Origin: Isurus oxyrinchus
Lineage: Eukaryota
Direction: 5' to 3'
DNA length: 64,000 bases
NCBI GenBank assembly: GCA_026770705.1
Contig: JANJGN010000140.1
Coordinates: forward strand, 806,001 to 870,000
Under the pieces are notes generated by a model. The model had not been told where the DNA came from. It saw only the letters and a list, made by a program, of their open reading frames with translations, and searched no databases. Positions within the stretch are counted from its first letter, which is position 1; each line of letters starts with the position of its first letter. Below, one piece after another: positions 14,235 through 28,950 of the stretch. The position numbers were made by a program, and so were the translations under genes.

Positions 14235-14410
14235 GCACCACACATATAGCTGCACACATTCATACACACAGCCACACACACGCACAGGCACAAGCACACA
14301 CTCAGCCACGCAGACACACAAACAGTAGCACAAACACACACACACACATACGCACAGGCACACACAGACACACACATATGCACACACACACACATACCTT
14401 TCACACACAG
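14235..14410. repeat. CA-rich low-complexity tract
   Basis: Imperfect (CA)n. Confidence 0.9.
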
Positions 14411-15024
14411 GAACATTGGTTATTAGGAGCCTGCGGCCGCCCATTCGCCTGAGGATGCGGCTTCAGACCCTGTCTCTCACAATCAGTGACCACACCAAAA
14501 GCGAACAGAAATTTCGGTTGAAAGAGGGAAAAATATCTGGAAATTAAAGAAACCTGTGAGCAATTATCATAGATAAACTCAAGTATGAATCAGTCATCTC
14601 CAACACAATGCAGTTTGTGACTAAGTTGTGCAGTGTGCAATGTGATGTGGTTCACCTTTATTTCTATTCCTCGATCTCATTGATGAAGGGAATGTTACAA
14701 GATTCACCACAAACTTTCAACACAAACATTACACACATCACACTAGAGCAATTAGAAATTGCACACAACGCCTAATAGTTATTAACAAGACTAAATGTAT
14801 TCTTCCAACACATTATTATCTACAGGATATTATAACAATTTAAAAATTAATACCCACCTGTCCACCTGGTTCTCTCTCCAGCTCTATCCAGTTAGTAGAG
14901 ACCTTTTATCGTGCAGTAATAACTGAGACTTGGTCTCGTGTATTAATAAATGGGATTGGAGCTTTGTAATATAAGGTGAGACATAGAAGAGTATAGTGAT
15001 GAATGAAGCAGCCTAAAACAGTAA

Positions 15025-16185
15025 TATCACAGAATCATAGAATCACAGAACTTTAATGGTACAGAAGGAGGCTATTCGGCCCAACTTGTCTGCATCGGCT
15101 CTCCAAATGGGCATTCTGACCTAGTGCCATTGCCCTGGCTTTTCCCCATACCCTTGCATTTTGTTTCTATTCAAAAGTCATTTAATTGCCTCTTGAATGA
15201 CTCAGCTGAACCTGCCTTCCTCACACTTCCAGGCAGTGTATTCCAGGCCGAACCACTCGTTGTGTGAAAAAGTAATTTCTCACGTCACATTTGTTTCTTT
15301 TGCAAATCACTTTAAACCTGTGCCCTCTCGTTCTTTATCCTTCTATGAATGGGAACAGTTTCTTCCACTCTACTCTATCCAGCCCACTCATGATTTTGAA
15401 AACTTCAATCAAATCTCCTCTCAGCCTTCTCCTCTCCAAGGAACACAATCCCAACTTCTCCAGTCTCCCCTCATAACTGAAGTTTCTCATCCCTGGGAAC
15501 ATTCAATTAAACCTCTTCAGCAGTCTCTCCAATATATTTCCATCCTTCCTATAATATGGTACAAAGGACGGTACACAGTATTCCAGCTGATGTCTAATGA
15601 GGGCCTTATATAAATTCAGCATAACCTCCCTGCTCGTGTACTCTATGCCCCTATTAACAGAGCGCAGGATACTATATGCTTTATTAACTGCTCTCTCCAC
15701 CTGTCCTGCCACTTTCAATGATCTATGCATATCTACACCCAAGTCTATCTGCTCCTGCACTCCTTTCAAAACTCCACCCCTTATTTATTTTGCCTGTCCA
15801 TGTTCCTCTTACCAAAATGCATCACCTCACACTTCTCCATATTGAATTTCATCTGCCACCTATCTGCCCACTCCACCAACTTATCTGTGTCCTCTTGAAG
15901 TTCCATGCCATTCCCCTGGCAGTTTGCAACACTCCCAAGCTTTGTATCATCCGCAAACTTTCAAATTGTCCCCTGCAGACCAAGGCCTAGATGGTTAATA
16001 TATATCAGGAAAAGCAAGGGTCCCAATACCGACCCCTGGGGAACTGCACTACAAACCTTCCTCCAGCCCAAAAAACATTCATTGACCATTACTCCCTGCT
16101 TCCTTTTTTTCAGCTTATTTTGTATCCACATTTCTTCTGTCCCTTTTATTCCATGAGCTATAACTTTTCCCATAATTTGGTTGTC
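15025..16185 (-). mobile_element. Truncated CR1-type LINE
   Basis: Minus-strand [18 protein letters not shown] and LNLYKALIRHQLEYCV, tail at 15025-15050. Confidence 0.92.
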
Positions 16186-16459
16186 AGATAAATCCTAATA
16201 AAATACAAACGGAGACTTTGTGCAATGCAACAACAGCTCAGGAATTGTCACTTGCAGTATATATAGAGGCACAGTTATGTGCATTAATAAACGAAGCATC
16301 ATATAATGTAATAGAGATAGAGACATAGTCTAGTGCAGTAATAACTGAGAAAAGTCAATTGTAGTGTATATCGAGGCATGGTCCAGTGCATTAATAAGTT
16401 AAACTGCAGATAGCATTATATACACAGATACAATGCTGAAAGAAAGATAAAATGAGAAA

Positions 16460-17128
16460 TGGTAAGTAATTGGGAAAACTAATAGAATGTTATAAGTTAT
16501 TGCGAGGGGAATTGAATACAAACATATGGAAGTTATGTTTCAGTTATACCGGGCACCAGTGAGATCATGTTTCATGTACTGTGCTCTGTATTGGTCACCT
16601 TATTTAAGGAAGGATGTAAATGTGTTGCAAGAGGTTCAGAGAAGGTTAATTAGATTAACACTTGGAATGGGTGGGTTGCCTACTGAGGAATGGTTGGAGA
16701 GACTAGGCTTATATCTTCTGGAGTTGAGAAGAGTAAGAGGTGACTTGACTGAAATATATAAGATCCTGAGGGGTCTTGACAGGGTGGATGTGGAGAGGGT
16801 GTTTCCTCTTATGGGAGAATCTGGAACTAGGGGTCACTGTTTAAAAATAAGGTGTCGGCCATGTAAAACAGAGATGAGGCGAATATTTTTACTCTCAGGG
16901 TTGTGAGTCTTTGGGACTCGCTCCCTAAAAAGGCAGTGGAAGCAGAGCCTTGAGGCAGAGGTGGATAGATTCTTGCTAAGCAAGGGGGTGATAAGTTATC
17001 GGGGGTCGACAGGATGCAGATTTCATGTTACTATCAGATCATCCATGATCTTATTAAATGGTGGAGCAAGCTCAAGGGGCTGAATGGCCTACTCATGCTC
17101 CTTGTTCATATGCTCGTGTGTTCATATG
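16460..17128 (+). mobile_element. Truncated CR1-type LINE 3' part
   Basis: WSPYLRKDV...RRVRGDLTEIYKILRGLDRVD. Confidence 0.9.
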
Positions 17129-17796
17129 GTCCAGTACAGTCATCAGTGAGACAAGTTCAGCAGGTCAAGGGCAGTGATAACTGAAGCATGGTTCAGTGTA
17201 AAACAACAAAACACAATTTGCAGTGAAATATAAATTAAAACATGGTTGTACTACAGTGCGAACTGGATAAGGGTTAATTGGAGTGTGCACAGAAGCACGG
17301 CCTAATGTAGTAATAACTGGCGCATGATATGCATGATATAAACAGCAGCAGCGTCAGGTGCAGTGATAACTGGGAAAGGACCAATTGCAACACAAGTAGA
17401 GATATGGACGGCTGCAATAATAAACAAGATAAGGCCCATTGTACTATTAACAGTGATGTTCACCTGTACAACAATAACCTAAGCAAAGTGTAATCTAGCG
17501 TTTACAGTTACAAATGAGGACATAAAATAAATTGAACAGGGGATGTATAGGAATTATTAAAACAGGGCCTCAATTGACATAAGCTGAGGCAGGGTCTAGT
17601 GTAGTGATTCCTGATACAGGGCCTGGATTATTATAGGCTGAGACAGGGCTTAGTGCAGTGATTACTGATACAGGGTTTAGATTGATATAAACTGAGACAG
17701 GGTCTAGTGTAGTAATTACTTATACAGGGCCGGGGTTAATGCCAACGGCGGAAGTGTTATGTGCAGTAATTACTAATACAGGGTCTAGGTTGATAT

Positions 17797-19100
17797 AAAA
17801 ACAGAAAATGCTGGAAAAACGCCATTCCATTCTCTTAATTCGTTCACCTCCTTCACATCTGTTCCGATGATGCCACTATCCAAAATGATGCTTCTTACAT
17901 GCCTTCCTTCTTCCTTAACCAAAGTTTCCCACCCACTGTGGTTGACAGGGCCATCAACTGTGTCCGATCCATCTCCTGCATCTCTGCTTTCACACATTCC
18001 TCTCTCTCCCAGAATCATGATAAGGTCCTCCTTTTACTCACATTTCATCCCACCACCCCCGCATTCAAAGGATCATCCTCCGCCTTTTTCACTAACCCCA
18101 ACATGATACCACCACCAAACACACCTTCCCCTCACCACTCCACCCCCACCCCTGTCAGCATTCCACAGGGACTGTTCCCTCCGATACACCCTGGTCCACT
18201 CCTCCATCATCCGCAACACCTCATCCCTTCCCATGGCACCTTCCCAAGCAATCAGAGAAGATGCAACACCTGCCCCTTTACCTCCTCCATCCTCACCATC
18301 CAAGGGCCTAAACACTCAGGTGAAGCATTGCTTCATTGCACCTCCTTCAATTTGGTCGACTGCATTCGCTGCTCCCAATGCTGTCTCCTCTAGATTGGGG
18401 ACACCAACACAGACTGGCAGGCTGCTTTGTGGAACACCTTCAGTCTATCTACAAGCATGACCTAGACCTTCATGTCGCTTGCAATTTCAACACGCCATCC
18501 TGCTCTGATACCCACATGTCCCTCTTTGACCTGCTGCATTGCCCCAGTGAAGCCCAACGCAAACTGGAGGAACAGAAACTCATCTTCCAATTATGAATAA
18601 TACAGCTTTATTCATTTATTCATTGTTTTATCCTTTTTTTATCCCCTTTTACGTTCCTTTTTATACCATTTTTCCTTAATCACCCCTACCACACCCCCAA
18701 AAGGGCCATCAGTTACTTGTCCCAAGTTGTTCTTTCACAGTGTGTTGATTCTGGCTCTGCTGTTAACACATTCTGCTTTCTTACCTTTATGACTCTATTA
18801 GCACCTACTTTAGCCTTACTACTGCCACTAACACTCCCTTTTTCTGTTTGTCTATGATATGTTTGACAGTGTCACCTTACTCCTACCTATTGCTTGCCTT
18901 CTATCCATCTTGACCTGCTCCACCCCGTTTAAACAGTAAATGTCATCACATTTTGACTTCTCTTTAGCTCTGAGGAAGGTCATATGATCTCAGAAAGTTA
19001 GTTCTGCTTCTCTCACCACAGGTGCTGTCAGACCTGCTGTGATGTCCCAGCATTTTATGCTATTCTTTCAGATTTCCAGCATCCGCACTATTTTGCTTTT
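17797..19100 (+). mobile_element. Penelope-like element, 5'-truncated and decayed (RT thumb + GIY-YIG endonuclease + terminus)
   Basis: HGTFPS..RCNTCPF, NLVDCIRCSQCCLL*IGDT, FVEHL and RKLEEQKLIFQL motifs. Short inverted copy of the 3' terminus at 17797-17820. Confidence 0.88.
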
Positions 19101-19790
19101 ATCCAGATTGATATAAACTGAGACAGTGCCTAGTGCAGTGATTACTAATGGAGGGTCTAGATTATCATGAACTGAGACAGGGCCTAGTGTAATGCTTACT
19201 GATACAGTATCTAGATTAATGTAAACTGAGACAGGCTCACGTGCAGTGATAACTGATACAGGATCTAGATTAATATGAACTGAGATATGCTCAAGTGCAC
19301 TGATTACAGACACAGGATTTAGATTAATATAAACTGGGACAGGGTCTGGTCCAGTGTTTATTGATACAGGATCTTGATCAATATAAATTCAGACAATGCC
19401 CTATGCAGTGATTACTGATTCAGGGTCTAGGCTGATATACATTGAGGCAAGCCATAATGCAGTGATTATTCATAGAGGGCTGAGATAAAAATAAACTAGG
19501 ACAGGGACTAGAGCAATGATTACTGATACAGGGTGTAGATCAATATAAACTGAGGCAGTGTCCAGTGGAGTGATTAGCGATACAGGGTCGAGGTTGATAT
19601 AAACTGATGCAGGGGCTAGTGCAATGATGACTCATAAAGGATCTAGACTAATATAAACTGAGGCAGGACCAAGTGCTATGATTACTGATCCATGGTCTAG
19701 ATCAATATAAAAGGAGGCAGTGTCCAGTAGAGTGATTACTGAAACAGGGTCTTGATTAATATAAACTGAGACGGAGTATAGTGCTATGAT

Positions 19791-20130
19791 AACACAAACA
19801 AAAATACCTGGAAAATCTCAGCAGTCTGGCAGCATCTGTGGAGAGGAACACAGTTAACATTTCAAGTCTGCATGACTCTTCAACAGAACTAAGGAAAAAT
19901 AGGAAAGGGGTGAAATATAAGCTGGTTAAAGGGAGCGGGGAATGGTGGGATATAAGCTAATAAGACATATTTCACCCCTTTTCTATTTTTCCTTAGTTCT
20001 GTTGAAGAGTCATGCGGACTTGAAACGTTAACTGTGCTCCTCTCCCCAGATGCTGCCTGTTCTGCTGAGTTTTTCCAGGTATTTTTGTTTTTGTTTTGGA
20101 TTTCCAGCATCCACAGTTTTTTGCTTTTAT
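19791..20130. mobile_element. Inverted pair of Penelope termini (fold-back)
   Basis: Arms 19791-19918 and 19967-20095 are near reverse complements. TATAGTGCT on both flanks. Confidence 0.85.
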
Positions 20131-23100
20131 TATAGTGCTGCGCTTACTGATACAGGGTCTGGCTTGAGGGTTTAGATTTATATAAACTGATGCTGGGTCT
20201 AGTGCAGTGATTACTGACACAGGGTCTAGATCAATATAAACAGAGACAGGCGCTAGTGCAGTGATTACTGATCCAGGGTCTATATAAATATATACTGGGA
20301 TTTGGGCCAGTGCAGTGATTACTGATACAGGATCTGGACTCATAAACTGAGGCATTTTCTAGCTCTGTCATTATTGATACAGGTTGTGGACTAATATAAA
20401 CTGAGACAGGATCAAGCGAAGTGGTAACTTATACAGGATCTGGATTGATATAAGCTGAGGCAGGGCATAGTGCAGTGATTACTGATGCAGGGCCTAGATA
20501 AATAAAAATGAGGACAGTGGCTAGTGCAATGATTACTGATACAGTGTCTGAATCAATATAAACTGAGACAGAGCTGAGTGCAGTGATGACTGATACAGGG
20601 TCCAGATGATAAAAACTGAGGCAGGGCATAGTGCAGAGATTACTGATACAGGGTCTAGATTACTGTTAACTGAGACAGGGCATAGTGCAGTGATTACTGA
20701 TACAGGGCCGAGGTGAATATAAAATAGGACAGAGGCTAGTGCAGTGATTAATGATACAGGATCAGGGTCAGTATAAACTGAGGCAGTGCCCATTGCCGTG
20801 ATTACTGGTACATGGCCTAAATTAATATGAACTGAGGCAGGGCCTAGTGCAACGATTACTGATTTAGGAACAGATTAATATGAACTGAGGCAGGCCATAG
20901 TGCAGTGATTACTAATTCAGGGTCTAGATCAATATAAACTGAGACAGGGCCTAGTGCAGTGATTACTAATAGAAGGTCTAGGTTGATATAAAGTGAGACA
21001 GAGCCTAGTGCAGTGATTACTGATAGATGGTCTAGGTTGAAATAAAGTGAGGCAGTGTCTAGTGCAGTGATTACTGATCCAATATCTTGATAAATATAAA
21101 ACTAAGATAGTGTCTAGTGCAGTGATTACTGATACATGGTCTAGATTAATATGAACTGAGGCACAGCCTAGTGCAGCAATTACTGATTTAGGGTCTAGAT
21201 TGATATAAACTAAGACAGGGCATATTGAATTGATTACTGATGCAGGGTTCAGGTTAATAGAAACTGAGAGAGGGCAAAGTACAATGATTATAGATTCATG
21301 GCAGATTATTATAACCAGAACAGGGACGAGAGCAATGATTACTGAAACAGGGCCTTGATTAATATAAACTGAACCAGGCTCTTGTACAGTAACTACTGAT
21401 ACACGGTCTGAACTAACATCACCTGAGACAAGGCCTGGTGCACTGTTCACTGCCACAGGACCCAGATAAATATAACTGGGACAGGGGCTCGGGCAGTGAT
21501 TACTGCTGCAGGGGCTAAATTAATATAAACTTTGATAGGGCCTAGTGCAGTGATTACTGATACAGGGTCTAGACTGATTTTAAAAAAACTGAGGCAGGGC
21601 ATAGTGCAGTGATTGCTGATACAAGGTACAGATTAATATAAACTGAGACAGGGCCTAGATAAATATAAGCCAGGACAAGGGCTAGTGCAGCGATTAGTGA
21701 TACGGGATCATGATCAATATAAACTGAGACAGTGTCCTTTGTAGTGATTACTGATACAAGATCTAGATCAATATCAATGGAGACAGGGCCTAGTGCAGAG
21801 ATTACTGATACAGGGTCTTGATTGATATAAACTGAGGCAGGGCATTGTGCAGTGATGACAAATGCAGGCTCTTTGTTAATATAAACTGTGACAGGGTCTC
21901 GTGCAGTGATTACTGACACAGGGTCTATTTGATATAAACTGAGAGAGTGCATATTGCAGTGATACAGAGCCGAGAGCAATATATATGGAGACAGTGTTCA
22001 TTGCAGTGATTGCTGATGCACGGTCTTGATTAGTGAAAACTGAGACACTGCGAAGTGCAGTGATTACAGATACAGGGTCTAGGCTGTTATAAACTGAGGC
22101 AGACCATAGTCAGTGATTACTGATACTGGGTCCAGATAAATATAAACTGAGACAGGGTCTAGTCCAGTGTTTACTGATACAGGGTCTCAATCAATATAAA
22201 CTCAGACAATGCCGAGTGCACTGATTACTGATGCAGGATCTAGATTTATAAAAACTGAGGCATGTTCTAGTGCAATGATTACAGACACAGGATCTAGCTT
22301 AATATAAACTGAGCCAGGTTCTTGTGCAGTAATTACTGATACAGGGTCTCAATCAATATAAACTCAGACAATGCCCAAAGCAGTGATTACTGATACAGGG
22401 CCGAGATAAATATAAGTTGAGGCAGGGCCCACTGCAGTGATTACTGATACAGGGTCTAGGTTAATAGAAACTGAGAGAGGGCCAAGTGCAGTGATTATAG
22501 ATTCAGGGTGCAGATTATAATAACCAGAACAGGGACGAGTGCAGTGATTACTGAAACAGTGTCTTGATTAATATAAACTGAGACAGGCTCTTGTACAGTA
22601 ATTACTGATCCTTGGTCTGAACTAACATAAACTGAGACAGGGTCTGGTGCAGTGTTCATTGATACAGGGCCTAGATAAATATAACTGGCACAGGGACTCG
22701 GGCAGTGATTACTGATACAGGGTCCAGGTTAATATAGATATCGAGATGGGGCCTAGTGCAGTGATAACTGAAACAGGGTGTAGATTCATTAAAAAATGCT
22801 GAGGCAAGGCATGGTGCAGGGATTACTGATACCGGGCCGAGATTAATATACACTCAGAGAGGCTCAAGTGCAGTGATTGCTGATATAGAGTCCAAATTGA
22901 TATAAAATGACGTAGGGTCGAGTGCAGTGATTACTGATACAGAGCCTAGATTGATATAAACTGAGACAAGGCCGAGTGCCCTGATTTGTGTTACAGGATT
23001 GGGTGCAGAAAAATGGGACAGGGTCCAGTGCAGTGATTACAGGTACAGGGTCCAGATTAATTGAAACTGAGAAACAGTCCAGTGCAGTGCTTTTAGGTTC

Positions 23101-23858
23101 AGGGTACAAATTATTATTATTAGAACAGGGTCGAGTGCAATGATTACTGAAACAGGATCTTGATTAATATAAACTGAGACAGGCCCTTGTGCAGTAATTA
23201 CTGATACAGGGTCTGAACCAACATAAACTGAGACAGGGCCTGGTGAAGTGTTCACTGATGCAGGGCCCAGATAAATATAACTGGGACAGGAGCTCTTGCA
23301 GTGATTACTGTTGCAGTGACTAAATTAATATAAACTGAGACTGGATCTAGTGCAGTGATTACTGATAGAGGGACTGGGCTAATGTAAAATGAGACAGAGT
23401 TTAGTGCAGAGATAACAGAAGTGGGACCAGGATCAATATAAACTGAGACAGGGTCTAGATCAATATCAACTGAGACAGTTTCTACTGCAGTGAATACTGA
23501 TACAGGTCTTGATTAATAAAAACTGAGACAGGGCCTAGTGCAGCGATTAATGTTACAGGGGCTAGATTAAAATCAACTGAGAGAGCCTCAAGTACAGAGA
23601 TTACAGATACAGGGTCTAGATTAATATAATTTGAGACAGGTCTAGTGTAGAGATGTCAGATACATGGCCTAGCTCAATATAAATTGAGGCAGTATCCAGT
23701 GCAGTGATTACTGACACGGGGTCTTGATTAATATAAACTGCTGAGGGCACAGTGCAGTGATTACTGATGCAGGCTCTAAATTAATGTAAACTGAGACAAG
23801 GCCTAATATAGTGACTACTGATACAGGGTCTAGATTGATAAAAACTGAGGCAGGCCAG

Positions 23859-24007
23859 AATATAATTCAAAGATTAGCTTTGTTATAGGAGACAGAGGAT
23901 GATGACAGAAGGATGCTTTAGTTACTAGAAGCCAGTGTCCAGTGGCGTAGCACAAGGATCTGTGCTGGGTCCCCTATTATTTGTCTTTTATATAAACGAC
24001 ATAGATG
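23859..24007 (+). mobile_element. CR1 fragment, paralogue of 28951-29100
   Basis: [10 protein letters not shown]-type sequence with the same 5' junction as the 28951 copy. Confidence 0.85.
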
Positions 24008-27000
24008 GCTAGATTAATAGAAACTGAGACAGGTTCTGGTGCAGTGTTTACTGATACATGGTCCTGATCAATATAAACTCAGACAATGTCCAGTGCAGTC
24101 ATTACTAATACAGGGTCTAGTTCAATAGAATCTGAGACAGGGTCCAGTGCAATGAAAACTGAAGTAGGGTCAAGATTAATATAAACTCAGACAATGTCCA
24201 GTGCAGAGATTATTGATACAGGGCTGAGACAAATATAAACTGAGACTGGGCCTACTGCAGTAATTGCTGATACAGGGTCTGGATCAATATAAACTGAGAA
24301 AGTGTCCAATGCAGTGATTACTGAAACAGGGTCTAGATTAATATAAACTGAGACAGAGTCTAGCGTTATGATTACTGATACAGGGTCTGGACGATAAAAA
24401 CAGAGGCAGGGCATAGTGCAGTGATTACTGATACAGGGTCTAGATTAATGTAAACTGAGAAAGAGCCTAGTGCAGTGATTTCTGATACAGGGGCTGGATC
24501 AATATAAACTGAGACAGTGTCCAGTGCAGTGATTACCGATACGGGGTCTAGATTAACATAAATTGAAACAGAGCCTAGTGCAGTGATTACTGATACAGAG
24601 TCTAGATTAATATAAAATGAGACAGAGCTTAGTGCAGTGATTACTGATGCAGGGCCAAGGTAAATATAAAGCAGGACAGAGGCTAGTGCATTGATTAATG
24701 ATACAGGATCAGGGTCAATATAAACTGAGACAGTGTCCATTGCCTAGATGATAAAAACAGAGGCAGGGCATAGGGCAGTGATTACTGATACAAGGTCTAG
24801 ATTAATGTAAACTGAGACAGAGCCTAGTGCAGTGATTACTGATGCAGGGCCTAGATTAATGTAAACTGAGACAGAGCCTAGTGCGGTGATTACTGATGCA
24901 GGGCCAAGGTAAATATAATGCAGGACAGAGGCTAGTGCATTGATTAATGATACAGGATCAGGGTCAATATAAACTGAGACAGTGTCCATTGAAGTAATTA
25001 CTGATACATGGCCTAAATTAATATGAACTGAGGCAGGCCATATTGCAGTAATTACTGAACAAGGCTCTAGGGCTAATATAAACTGAGACAGGGTCTAGTG
25101 CAGTGATTACTGATACATGGTCTAGATGAATATAAACTGAGGCAGTGTCCAGTGGAGTGATTACTGATACAGTGTCTTGATTAATATAAACTGAGACGGG
25201 GTGTAGTGCAGTGATTCCTGATACAGGCTCTAGCTTAACAGAAACTGAGACAAGGCATTGTGCAGTGATTACTGATCCATGGTCTAGATAAGTATAAACT
25301 GGGACAGGGGCTAGAACAGTGATTACTGTTACAGTGTCTGGACTAAAATAAGTGGAGGCATTCTCTAGATCTGTCATTACTGATACAGGTTCTGGACTCA
25401 TTTAAACTGAGATAAGGTCTAGTCCAGTGATTACTGATACAGGATATGGATTGATATAAACTGATGCTGGGTCTAGTGCACTGATTACTGGCACAGCGTC
25501 CAGAATCAATATAAACAGAGACAGGGACTAGTGCAGTGATTACTTATACACGGTTGACATACTGGGATACTGGGATAAGGGCCAGTGCAGTGATTACTGG
25601 CACAGGGTCTGGACTCATATAAATGGAGACAGGGTCCAGCAAAGTTATTACTGATACAGGACCTGGATTGATATAAACTAAGGCAGGCCATAGTGCAGTG
25701 ACTAGTGTTGCAGGGCCAAGATAAATAAAATTGAGGACAGCGGCTAGTGCAGTGATTACCGATACGGGGTCTAGAACAATATAAAGTGAGGGTGTTCATT
25801 GCACTGATTATTATACAGGGTTTGATTTATATAAAATGAGACAGGCTCTAATGCCAGGATTACTGATACAGGGTCTGGATCAATATAAACTGAGACAGTG
25901 GCCAGTGCAGTGATTATTGATACTGGGTCTAGATTAATATAAAATGAGACTAGTGCACTGATTACTAATACAGGGTCTAGATGATAAAAATAGAGGAGGG
26001 CATAGTGCAGTAATTACTGATACAGGGTCGAGGTAAATATAAAGTAGGACAGAGGCTCGTGCATTGATTAATGATACAGGATCAATATCAATATAAACTG
26101 AGAGAGTGTCCATTGCACTGATTACTGATGCATGGCCTAAATTAATATGAACTGAGTCAGGGCGCAGTGCAGCGGTTACTGATTTAGGGTCTAGATTAAT
26201 ATGAACTGAGGCAGGCCATATTTCAGTGATTACTGTCACAGGGACTAGATTAACATAAACTAGGACAGGGGATAGTGCAGTGATTAATGATACAGGATCA
26301 GGGTCAATATAAACTGAGACAGTGTCCATTGAAGCAATTACAGTTACGGGGTGTACATCAGTATAAAATGAGACAGTGCCTAGGGCAGTGATTACTGATC
26401 CTAGGTCTTGATAAAAATAAAACTGAGATAGTGATTAGTGCAGTGATTCCTGATACATGGTCTTGATTAATATGAACTGAGGCATGGCCTAGTGCAGCGA
26501 TTACTGATTTAGGGTCTAGATTGATATAAACTAAAGTAGGGAAAATTGCAGTAATTGCTGATACAGGGATGAGATTGACATAAACTGAGGCAGGGCATAT
26601 TGCAGTGATTACTGATGCAGGGTATAGGTTAATAGAAACTGAGAGAGGGGCAAGTCCAATGATTATAGATTCAGGGTGCAGATTATTATAACCAGAACAG
26701 GGACAAGTGCAGTGATTACTGAAACAGGGCCTTGATTAATATAAACTGAGACAGGATCTTGTACAGTAATTACTGATACACGGTCTGAACTAACATAACC
26801 TGAGACAGGGCCTGGTGCAGTGTTCACTGACACAGGGCCTAGGTAAATATAACTGGGACAGGGGCTCGGGCAGTGATTACTGCTGCAGGGACTAAATTAA
26901 TGTAAACTGAGATAGGGCCTAGTGCAGTGATTACTGATACAGGGTCTAGTTTGATAAACAAAATGATGCCTGGCATATTGCACAGCATCTAGCTTAATAT

Positions 27001-28950
27001 AAACTGCAGCAGGGCCGAATGCAGTGATTACTGACACATGGTCTCAATCAATATGAACTTAGACAATGTCCTGTGCAGCGATTACTGATGCAGAGCCTAG
27101 ATTAATATAAACTGAGGCAGGGCCTCATGCAGTGATAATTGATACAGGGTCTAGATTAATGGAAACAGAGAGAGGGCCAAGTGCACTGAATACTGATAGA
27201 GGGTCTAAATTGATATAAACTGACATAGAGCATATTGCTGTAATTACTGACACAGTGTCCCGATCAATATAAACTGAGATAGGTCCAAGTGCAGTGATTA
27301 CTGATACAGGGTCTGGATTAATATAAAGTGAGACAGGGCCTTGTGCAGTCATTACTGATACAAGATCTAGATTAACATAACCTGAGACGGGGCTTATTGC
27401 AATTATTACTGATAGATGGTCTGGACTAATTTAAACTGAGGCAGGCCATAGTGCAGTGATGACTGATACAGGATCTAGATTAATATAAACTGAGACAGGG
27501 TCTAGTACAGTGTTTATTAATACAGTGTCTCAACCAGCATAACTCAGACAATGTTGAGTGCAGTGATTACTGATACAGGATCTAGATTAACGTAAACTGA
27601 GGCATGTTCTAGTGTAGTGATTACAAGCACAGGATCTAGCTTAATATAAACTGAGACAGGTTCTTGTGCAGTAATTACTGATACAGGGTCTCAATCAATA
27701 TAAGCTCAGACAATGTCTAATGCAGTGATTACTGATACAGGGTCTAGGTTGATAGAAACTGAGAGAGGGCCAAGTGCAGTGATTATAGATTCAGTGTGCA
27801 GTTTATTATAACCAGAACAGGGACGAGTGCTGTGATTACTGAAAAAGGGGCTTGATTAATATAAACTGAGACAGGCTCTTGTACAGTAATTACTGATACA
27901 CAGTCTGGACTAACATAAACTGAGAAATGGCCTGGTGATGTGTTAATTGATATAGGGCCTAGATAAATATAACTGGGATGAGGCAGTGATAACTGATACA
28001 GGGTCTAGATTGATAAAAGAAAATCTCAGGCAGGATATAGTGCAGGGATTACTGATACTGGGCCGAGATTAATATAAACTCAGAGAGGGTCAAGTGCAGT
28101 GATTACTGGCATAAGGTCCAAACTGATATAAAATGACTTGCGTCTAGTGTAGTGATTACTGGTATAGGGTCTAGATTGATATAAACTGAGACAAGGCCTG
28201 GTGCCGGGATTTCTGTTACAGGGTTGGATGCATATAAAATAGGACAGGGCCTAGTGCAGTGACTACAGGTACAGACTTTAGATTAATATAAACTGAGAAG
28301 CAGTCCAGTGTAGTGTTTTTCGATTCAGGGTGCAAATTATTAATACCAGAACAGGGTCGAATGCAGTGATTACTGAAACAGGGTCTTGATTAATATAAAC
28401 TGAGACAGGCTCTTGTGCAGTAATTACTGATGCAGGGTCTGAATCAACATAAACTGAGACAAAGCCTGGTGAAATGTTCACTGGTACAGGGCCTAGATAA
28501 ATACAACTGGGACAGGAGATCTTGCAGTGATAACTGCTGCAGGGACTAAATTAATATAAACTGAGACAGGGTCTGTTGCAATGATTACTGATACAGGGTC
28601 TAGATCAAAGTCAACTGAGTCAATGTCCATTGCAGTGATTACTGATCCAGGGTCTTGATTGATAAAAACTGAGACAGGGCCTAGTGCAGTAAGTAATGTT
28701 ACAGGGTCTAGATTAATATAAACTGAGAGAGCCTCAAGTGCAGAGATTACAGATACAGGATCTAGATTATTATATTCTGAGACAGATCTTGTGCAGAGAC
28801 TACTGATACATGGTCTAGCTCAATATAAACTGTGGCAGAGCACAGTGCAGTGATTACTGATGCTCTAAAGTAATGTAAGGAAGACAAGGTATTGTACAGT
28901 GATTAAAGATACAGGGTCCAGATTGATAAAAAAAAACTGAGGCAGGGAAG

